Assembly: GCA_905178155.1 (NCBI GenBank) | Contig: CAJINV010000103.1 | Coordinates: 1 to 7,187, forward strand | Reading direction: 5' to 3' | DNA length: 7,187 nucleotides | From: Amoebophrya sp. A120 | Taxonomy: Eukaryota; Protista; Dinoflagellata | Shown: positions 1-6,671 of the stretch, piece by piece | Position numbering within the stretch: the stretch's first letter is position 1 | How the letters are laid out: every line of letters starts with the position of its first letter | Translations under genes and position numbers: made by a program | The notes under the pieces: model-generated | The model's database searches: none | The model's input: only the letters and a program-made list of their open reading frames with translations | Told to the model about the DNA's origin: nothing

Positions 1-199
1 GAAAGACGTAAGCGAAAGACGTAAGCGAAAGACGTAAGCGAAAGACGTAAGCGAAAGACGTAAGCGAAAGACGTAAGCGAAAGACGTAAGCGAAACGCTT
101 AAGCGAAAGACATAAGCGAAAGACATAAGCGAAAGACGTAAGCGAAAGACATAAGCGTAGACACAAGCGAAACGGCACACCTAAGCGAAACACCTAAGC
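1..199. repeat. 13-bp minisatellite, consensus GAAAGACGTAAGC, about 15 units, truncated by the window edge
   Basis: Seven perfect copies at 1-91, then variants (GAAACGCTTAAGC, GAAAGACATAAGC, GTAGACACAAGC, GAAACACCTAAGC) and one more perfect copy at 131-143. Confidence 0.97.
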
Positions 200-257
200 A
201 GGGAGACTCTTAACTGAGGCACGTAAGCAAAAAAAACTCATCAGCAGCACTTCGTAC
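1..257 (-). other. Brr2 intron 5 (partial; acceptor outside the window)
   Basis: Donor AG|GTACGA at 257; downstream sequence is non-coding (A-run, in-frame stop at 194-196, tandem repeat), while Brr2 needs over 1000 more residues. Confidence 0.8.
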
Positions 258-1872
258 CTGGCTTGCAACATTGTCGGGTCAGACTCCAGGCTGTGCTCCG
301 GAACAGAGTACAGCTGCGGACTCTTCTGCATGCGCACGAAGAGGTAGGTGTAACCCAACCACGTGACGGCGTCAGCGCGGTTCTGCACAGTGCCGAGCAC
401 CAGTTCCCCGATCAGCTTGTCCGGTAGATCCGCGATCATCTGGGACTCGATGGGGAGCTGCATGTTCATCAGACTCAGGTAGTACTGGAGCTCGCTGTGC
501 TGGGTGATGATGATCCCGTGTCCCTCCTTCTCGTACCCCGGCCGCCCCGCGCGGCCCATCATCTGAAGCATGTCCAGGCACCCGAGCTCGTCCCACTTGC
601 CCAAATCCGGCTTGTACACCTGCGTCCCCTTGATGATCACGGTGTGCGCGGGAAGGTTGACACCCCAGGCCAGCGTCGCCGTGCAGACCAGCACCTGAAT
701 CCGCTTGTCCGCGAACAGATCCTCGACGAGGGAACGGTCCTGCTTGGACAGCCCGGCGTGGTGGATGGCGAACCCGTAGGGCATGAGCTCCGACAGGTCC
801 CGGGACTGCGCCTCCTGCGCCTGGTCCGCGAGAATCTCCTTCGTCGCACTGTTGCCCGCCAAAAACCGAGGCACCACGTCGTTCTCCATGGCCATCTCGC
901 GCAACGTTTTCGCTGTGCGCGCCGTTTCCTTCCGGCTATGCACGAAGATCAGCATCTGGTTCTGCCCGGCGTTCTTCACGACCTGCTCGAAGCACACCTC
1001 GTTCATCGTGTTCATGCGCCGCACGGCTTTTTTGTCCGTGACCCCGATGAAGGTCTGCTGCAGCGGGCAGGGCCGGAAGGAGTTGTCAAACTTGAACAAC
1101 CCCTTTTCCGTGACCCGCATAAACGCGGCCACGTCGGTGTAGTTCGGGAGCGTCGCGGACAAACCCACCAGCCGAATCGGCTCCTGCGTGCGCTCCACCT
1201 GTCGCAGCGTCCGCGCCACGATCGCTTCCAGCACGGTGCCGCGCTGGTCGTGCAGCAGGTGCACTTCGTCGATGATCACCAACCGCACCAAATGCATGTT
1301 CGCGCGGCTGTCCCCGGATTTTCGCGTGATGATGTCCCACTTCTCCGGCGTAGTGACGAGAATTTGCGTTTTTGCGATCTGCGATTTCGATAAGGTACTG
1401 TCCCCGGACAGTTCCCCCACGGACAGCCCGTACTTCTCGAACCGTTGGCTGAAGAACCCGACCAACTGCTGCACCAGCGCCTTCATGGGCGCGATGTAGA
1501 CAATTTTGAAAGCGTCCTTGTCCACCGCCACCTCGTCGGTGTTCAGCTCGTCGACGCGTTTCAAGTGCATCATGATCACGTTCATCATGGTGAGCAACGC
1601 AATGTTTGTCTTTCCCGCACCGGTGGGCGCGCACACCAGCATGTTTTCGTCGAACTGCTTGAACGCGATGGGAAACACCTTACTTTGCACCGGGTTCAGT
1701 CGCTGCACGATGAACTTATCCTTGTCGTCGCGGAACACGTTCTGCGCGAACTTCGGCAGTTCGGTGATTTCAATCAGCTTAATGTCGCCGTGCTCCGCCG
1801 CGGCCGGGGCCGGAATCGTCACCTCCTCCCAAGCTTTCTTCATCTCACGCTTCGCACCCTCTTTCAAGTGAC
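258..1872 (-). CDS. BRR2: Brr2 exon 5 (N-terminal helicase cassette: RecA1, RecA2, start of winged helix)
   Basis: All SF2 Ski2-like motifs present; ends DPTMLQA-R at CCAG|GTACGA (phase 2), after which similarity and GC content drop. Confidence 0.96.
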
Positions 1873-3895
1873 CTGTTGTTTGGAGGGTGATAGTGCGACA
1901 GGTTGATCTAAAGTAACTCTGGCTTATTTTCTGTGAATGAAGGGAGCGACCTACGAGGAACAACGAAGATTCGAGTGTACTGTTGGATGGATACGAAATA
2001 ATCATCTTCTTGTAATGATCTACAAAACTGCAAAATCAAGCTCAACATTTAGTACATGTCGAATTGGTCATGGTGTGTCCCGCTTTGTGAAAGCTGGCCT
2101 GTTCCAGATCGATGACCCTGCTGGGCTGGAGTTTTTTCGCGGCGACCGCGCCCGTGGCGCTGTCCTGCACGGTGGCGATTTCGGCGTCTTCCACCCCGTC
2201 GTCGCGTTTTTTCTTCATCAGCACTCTCGCCTCGTTTCGCAGGCGCGTGACCTCGTCCTTCTCCTTGTCGCGCTTCGCCTTGGACTTGTCCAACTCGGCC
2301 AAGACCGCCTGGCCCTCCTCGGACTCTTTCATGGCCTCCAGAATCTGGGCCTGTTCCTCGTCCGTCTGGGCCTGCTTCAGCTTCGTCATAAACAGGATTT
2401 TGCTCCGATTCCGGACCAGTTTCTGCAGAAACTCAAAGTTCTGGAACTCCAGCAGCTGCACGAGCTTGTTTTCCAGGAGCTGCACGTCCTGGATGGCCAG
2501 CGCCTGGAGAATTTTCTTCTCCAGTTCCGCGGCCTTCTCGTGGTCCTGGTTCAGAACCTCGGATAAGACTCTCTGCAGCCAGTGGGCGTCGATAACGGAC
2601 ACGGGCAGGTCCTCGTTCTCCTGCTCCTTGTCTTCGTCGTCGACCTCGTCGTCGACCTTGATGCCTGTGATGTAGTCGCGAGTAGGTTTTTTATGCAAAT
2701 ACTTAAGTGTCAAAAATTCTTTTTGTTTCACCTTGATTTTACAAACTTCGAAAGGCTGTTGCAATTGATTCAAGGATATACGAAAACTGCTGATTACCTC
2801 TGTCTTCCGCTTGGAGGAGGTTTTCCTCCCTGTTCTCGCTATCATCGTCGCTGCTTTCGGTAAGCTCACCGACATACTTCTCGCCGTCGTCAGAGTCTTC
2901 CTCTTCGAAAACCACTGCTACACCGGTGGCGTCTTCTGCGCGATCTTCTTTCACTTCGTCCTTTGCCTGTTGTGATTTTGAAGGAATGCATGGATCGAAG
3001 CAAGCATGTAGTTGTGCAGTGCGTGTGGAAATCATAGATGTTTATGTTTTACGACAGATTTTACGTCTACTACGAACGGGCCACCGCCGATAATCTACGA
3101 ACAATTTCAATTTAGAATTGCAGTTTAATTTTTCATTTTGTTCAACGTCCGTAAAAACAATACGTCGTCGGCCCCGTAGTCCGTGACTTGCTTGGCGAGT
3201 CGGTAAAGCTCGCCGAAGAATTCGTTGGTGACCGCGCCCAGAACCTCTTCGACGTTGCGCTTGCGTTGCGCGTCAAGGCAATTATCCGCCTTGATGGCCG
3301 CTAGAATTTCGTCCGCCGCCCCCGCAAGCACCTCGGGGCTCTGGTCGCCGAGCACCGTCGTCATCACGTTCAGCAGTTCCTCGTAGACCGCCTTTGTGGC
3401 GGTGGTGGTGGGCTTGTAGGAAACCACCTCTGTGACATCCTGATCCAGCACGGTGGCGCCTGAGGAGAAAGTAGATTTTTACATGCGATTCACTAGAAAA
3501 ACCACGCGGAAAAGCAAAAAAACATTCGATAAAGGAGGGCGTCCCCGCTTGAACTTCATCGACCGACTGATGAAAAGAAAACTAAAACACCATACGTAAT
3601 GAGCCTCAAGAATACCTTTTCTCAGCTCTAATTTCGCTTTTTTCCGATCTTGTTTGTCGCCCTTGGCCTCCGCGTTTGGATCCCGTGCGCGCTTCTTTTT
3701 CACGTCTTTTAAATGGTCCAGCTGTCGCTTGTCGCCGCGGGCCAGATCGCCCATTTTGTGCAGGTTGTAGTGCCGCAAGGACTCCGGCTCGCCGGTGGGC
3801 TCATTTGCGGAGGGGGCAGCGCCTTCGCGCTGCAGCACCAAATTCGAGTTGGTTCGGTACTCGAACCGCTTGAACTTGGCATGCTCTTCAGCCAT
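258..3895 (-). CDS. BRR2: U5 snRNP 200 kDa RNA helicase Brr2 (SNRNP200), spliced and 3'-partial: N-terminal region, PWI-like domain, first helicase cassette and start of the winged-helix region
   Basis: Five minus-strand ORF segments join in frame through GT-AG introns (phases 1,0,1,1,2; 2969 coding nt). Brr2 hallmarks: N-terminal FEYRTNSNLVL, EPTGEPESL, YKPTT, GVAVVF, PWI-like IDAHWLQR, and Ski2-like helicase motifs APTGAGKT, YIAPMKAL, TTPEKWD, DEVH, SAT, HHAGL, TATLAWGVNLPA, QMMGRAGRP. The remainder of the ~2100-aa protein must lie beyond position 1. Confidence 0.96.
1873..2055 (-). other. Brr2 intron 4 (183 bp, GT-AG)
   Basis: T|GTACTA...ACAACAG|GT; removal gives HTMTNSTCHLKEGAKREMKKAWEEV, colinear with the Brr2 HxMxNxxCxLPxGS....KGYEEV segment. 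Confidence 0.92.
2056..2664 (-). CDS. BRR2: Brr2 exon 4 (PWI-like domain and linker)
   Basis: IDAHWLQR...ENKLVQLLEFQNFEFLQKLVRNR...IDLEQASF..AGHTMTN; strong G/C third-position bias. Confidence 0.92.
2665..2797 (-). other. Brr2 intron 3 (133 bp, GT-AG)
   Basis: GTAATC...CATCACAG|GC; resolves the frame change between ORFs 2739..3035 and 2042..2875; abrupt GC drop. Confidence 0.85.
2798..2966 (-). CDS. BRR2: Brr2 exon 3 (AKDEVKED...GVAVVFEEEDSDD...AEDR-G)
   Basis: Conserved GVAVVF followed by an acidic stretch; ends at AGAG|GTAATC (phase 1). Confidence 0.85.
2967..3163 (-). other. Brr2 intron 2 (197 bp, GT-AG)
   Basis: GTATTG...CACAACAG|GCA; phase 0; AT-rich. The exact boundaries lie in a poorly conserved acidic linker. 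Confidence 0.8.
3164..3459 (-). CDS. BRR2: Brr2 exon 2 (ATVLDQD...YKPTT...VTDYGADD), N-terminal plug region
   Basis: Matches the Brr2 YxPxT..T...YE..L....LGDQ....L.GAADE.L pattern; bounded by CAG|G and GAC|GTATTG. Confidence 0.9.
3460..3615 (-). other. Brr2 intron 1 (156 bp, GT-AG)
   Basis: GTATTC...CTCCTCAG|GC; removal restores KGATVLDQD in frame; AT-rich with an in-frame TAA at 3479-3481. Confidence 0.88.
3616..3895 (-). CDS. BRR2: Brr2 exon 1 (MAEEHAKFKRFEYRTNSNLVLQ...LELRK-G)
   Basis: ATG at 3895, conserved Brr2 N-terminus, ends at donor AAAG|GTATTC (phase 1). Confidence 0.9.
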
Positions 3896-4823
3896 TTCGT
3901 CGCTGTTCTTGTTGGGAGTTGTAGTGAATTGCTACTGGTTCTTCTGTTTTTCTCGAGCTCAAGGACCCGAGCACGACGACCCTCGCAACAGTCGGTATAT
4001 TTCACTAGCGTTTTAAAAGCTTGTCGCAGGATTCTTCGTCGACGCCCGTGATTATGCGGCGGCTTCTTGTCATGTTGCTTTTTCTTGGAAATTCAGCGTG
4101 GTAAAGGATATTATACTACCGGCTTCTTCACTCGAGATAGATAAAAGTCTTTGTAAACTTCTTGATACTCAGAATCAATCTTTACACGAGGTGATACTCC
4201 ACGATCTAGCTGCTACGGGTCGCCGGGGAGACGACGTCGACGCGCCAGCGTGCTTTCACTTAACTCACGGGGGGCAGAGAAAAAGTGACACGAAAAAATT
4301 ACTTACTTTCACTGCAATGGGTTGTTCTGTAAAGAAAAAAATCGGATCGAAATTGAAATTGAAACATGCGAGGCAAACATACCGGAACAAAGCCAGGATG
4401 CGAAGGATCAGGAAGCGCAGTGATCTTCTTGTCTTCCGGTCGAGATCTTACAGTAAGTTCTTCCTGTAAAATGGCATTGCAAAATCGATCTTTTTCTCCT
4501 TCAAACGAGATCAGGTTGCCGCGAAATGCTGAACTCCGTATTACTCTATGCTTCGTGGCTTAGCAAAATTCACTTCGGAACGGTTTTCATAGGTCGGTTG
4601 TAGAAAAAGAACATCAGCGTATGTAGGGCCTTGAAATTTGACGCCATGCCCGGGCATGGTAAGAAAGAAAGAAAGACTATCTCTTTCAGAACAATCGCAG
4701 GCACTATCTGTTCGCATTTTGGCATGATACTGTTTCGAAGTCCTCCAATCATTTTAGTGTTTTCTATTGAGCGCGAGCTGTCACTGATCTTAATTCACTC
4801 TTTACTAAATTCAAGAAATGACG

Positions 4824-5876
4824 TCAAATTTTTTCATCCGCACGCGAAATTCTTTCTGATCGCAAAACGTCGGGCTTCGGCATCGAGATAATAAACGTTT
4901 CTGCCAGCGCGTCGTGCCGCAGCTTACTCACAGCCCGATACTGTTCACTCGCGCCCATTGCCAGAAACGCGTCGCGCGATGGATACTCCGCAATTATTAC
5001 TTGATCGAAACTGCGCTCCGGAGCGCGTCGCTTGAACGATTCCCCGCTCCGTGCACGCTCCCAAGTTCCCCAAACCTTGGCGGCCAGTGTGCTCCGCGCG
5101 CCAAATTGCGAGAGCACGCCCTTCCTGCCGCCTTGCGCTTTCGCGTATTGTTGGTACAGCGACCGCTTTTCCGCGTCGTCCTCGAAGCGCAGCAGGTTGA
5201 CGTGCCACAAACTACCCCGCCCGGGCTTTTGTTCTCCCAATTCCACATCCGAAAGAAACGCCCTTAGCTGTTCGAGAGTCGCCGCACTTTTCCCCACCTG
5301 ATTTCCCGGAGTTCTGTCTCCCACCAAACCGCTGGGGATTTCTGCGTTCAAGACCTCCGCAGGCTCCGCTGACCAGTTCGTGATTGTCGCGGTTGGTTCG
5401 GGCGCCGCGCGGTCCAGGTGAAACCAGCCGGGATCAATCGTCAGTAGCAACTGCGGACAAGAAAGGGCAACTGGGACGACGTCGCTGGCTCCCGTGGAAG
5501 TGGTTGCGAATGGTGAAGCCGCTGCGTCCTGCTGTAGTTGCGACAAGCCGAGTTCTAGCGAGCGTGGCAGATTCGTTTTAAGCCCACTTTCAGGCTCGTC
5601 AGTATATTCGTACAAAAGACAGTGTGTGAATGTTGTGCTCGGATCTCCGACGACAACGCGACAGTGGCTCGCGGCAAAAACCGCCGTTCCACTGCAAGAC
5701 TCGTGCCAGCCTGTGATCGTGTTGACTAATTCCTCAGCGCGGATCTGGGACGCCGTCGCATCCAGAAAGTGCAGCACCCAGGTGCGGAACTCTTTTCTTT
5801 CCGAAGCTGAGGGCGGTGATGCGGTGGCTTGTGCGGAAAGCCGGTTGACGCGGTGTCGCACGCGAGCTGGGGTCAT
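4824..5876 (-). CDS. Uncharacterised 350-aa protein with a C-terminal DUF1330-like (dimeric alpha-beta barrel) domain
   Basis: Long ATG-initiated ORF. The C-terminal pattern VNLLRF...Y..YA....L...GA.....FDQVIIAEYPSRDAFLAM..SEQY.....RHDAL resembles the DUF1330 family (recognised by eye, not by a search). Intronless as read; the start is not verified. Confidence 0.75.
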   Translation of the reverse strand: MTPARVRHRVNRLSAQATASPPSASERKEFRTWVLHFLDATASQIRAEELVNTITGWHESCSGTAVFAASHCRVVVGDPSTTFTHCLLYEYTDEPESGLKTNLPRSLELGLSQLQQDAAASPFATTSTGASDVVPVALSCPQLLLTIDPGWFHLDRAAPEPTATITNWSAEPAEVLNAEIPSGLVGDRTPGNQVGKSAATLEQLRAFLSDVELGEQKPGRGSLWHVNLLRFEDDAEKRSLYQQYAKAQGGRKGVLSQFGARSTLAAKVWGTWERARSGESFKRRAPERSFDQVIIAEYPSRDAFLAMGASEQYRAVSKLRHDALAETFIISMPKPDVLRSERISRADEKI

Positions 5877-5989
5877 GACGCTTCGATACTTGGAAGCGTA
5901 GCGCAGGCCGGAACCAAGACTGCGTACCCGCGCTGTTGTGCCTTAAAAAATTGCCTGCGTGTTGCGAAAGCAGATCGCACAGATGGTGC

Positions 5990-6625
5990 TCCGGGGTTTG
6001 TGGCAGGCCAAGTAGCCACGCGACGCAACCGCGCGGGCAAAAGCTCCTCGCCGAGAGGGAGGGGGGGCGCGTGCAGGAAACACGCCGAGGCCTGCCAAAA
6101 AGTCGCGGTCCGCTCGCCCAAGAGCCGGGCGCCGCGCGAAGCGACCGGAAGCTTTGGCCAGCCCGCAGATGGAGGAAAGTGGGTTTCTTCATTCGTTCGC
6201 ACGGTTCGCCGGGGCGGCGCCCTTCGCGTCCATTGGCATTGTGCCCCCCTGCGCCGGCTCCCGCCTTGGGGCGCGCGCCCCCTGCGGGGGGCCCGCGCGC
6301 GAGGCACCGCCTCGCTTAGTCAGTCGCTCAGGCTTGGGCGCACTTATCGTAGGCACGGCTTGGCGCCATCGGCTAGGACACGCGTCGGCGCACCGGGCGG
6401 CCCGCTGCGAAAGCGCCTCGTCGGGGCGCACTGCTCTGCGGGCGGGCCGGGGGGGGATTGAAATGCGCTCAAACGGCCTACCTATCGCGCACCGCGCTTC
6501 CTACGGAGCGACCGCCCTAGGCGCGGTTGTCGCGCATGCGGGGCGCGCCTAAGCCGTCGCGCTTCAGCCGGGGGGGGGGGGGCGCCGGCCGATCCGTGTT
6601 CTGGGTGTTCCCCTGGGGAGGGAGG
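5990..6625. repeat. GC-rich non-coding block with inverted repeats and G-runs; possible dispersed repeat or non-autonomous element
   Basis: Very high GC, several palindromes and hairpins, G8 at 6449-6456 and G13 at 6570-6582; all frames give R/A/G/P-rich peptides with no recognisable domain. Copy number cannot be seen in one window. Confidence 0.35.
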
Positions 6626-6647
6626 CTGGCTATGCTGTCCCTGTGTT

Positions 6648-6671
6648 GGTACGGGTACGGGTACGGGTGCG
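6648..6671. repeat. Short hexamer tandem repeat (GGTACG)x3 + GGTGCG
   Basis: Directly visible in the sequence. Confidence 0.8.

Noticed and set aside
1-199. CRISPR-like array or telomere
   Set aside because: Units are head-to-tail with no spacers, there are no cas genes, the context is eukaryotic, and the 13-mer has no telomeric G-run.
1255-1285. DEVH motif suggesting ASCC3/Slh1 rather than Brr2
   Set aside because: The N-terminal YxxNSNLVL, EPTGEPESL and PWI-like segments point to Brr2; DEVH versus DEIH is a minor variation.
1873-2055. Stop-codon reassignment or read-through (introns 1 and 4 are multiples of 3; intron 4 has only two in-frame TGAs)
   Set aside because: Splicing restores the conserved sequence with no insertion, and no exon contains an in-frame stop.
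497-2863. Long + strand ORFs (497..1393, 1445..1906, 1937..2566, 2112..2675 and others) and alternative-frame minus ORFs
   Set aside because: Shadow ORFs produced by the strong codon bias of Brr2 exons; no recognisable domains.
1873-3615. Non-canonical, inverted-repeat 'introner' introns
   Set aside because: All four complete introns are GT-AG, are unlike each other, and show no convincing terminal inverted repeats.
194-3895. Brr2 as a fragmented pseudogene or several separate genes
   Set aside because: Every break is explained by a phase-compatible GT-AG intron, and the helicase motifs are intact.
3950-3963. GCTCAAG, resembling the 3' end of a relict dinoflagellate spliced leader (also TAGCCAT near 7085)
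   Set aside because: Only 7-nt matches, and the first is on the wrong strand relative to Brr2.
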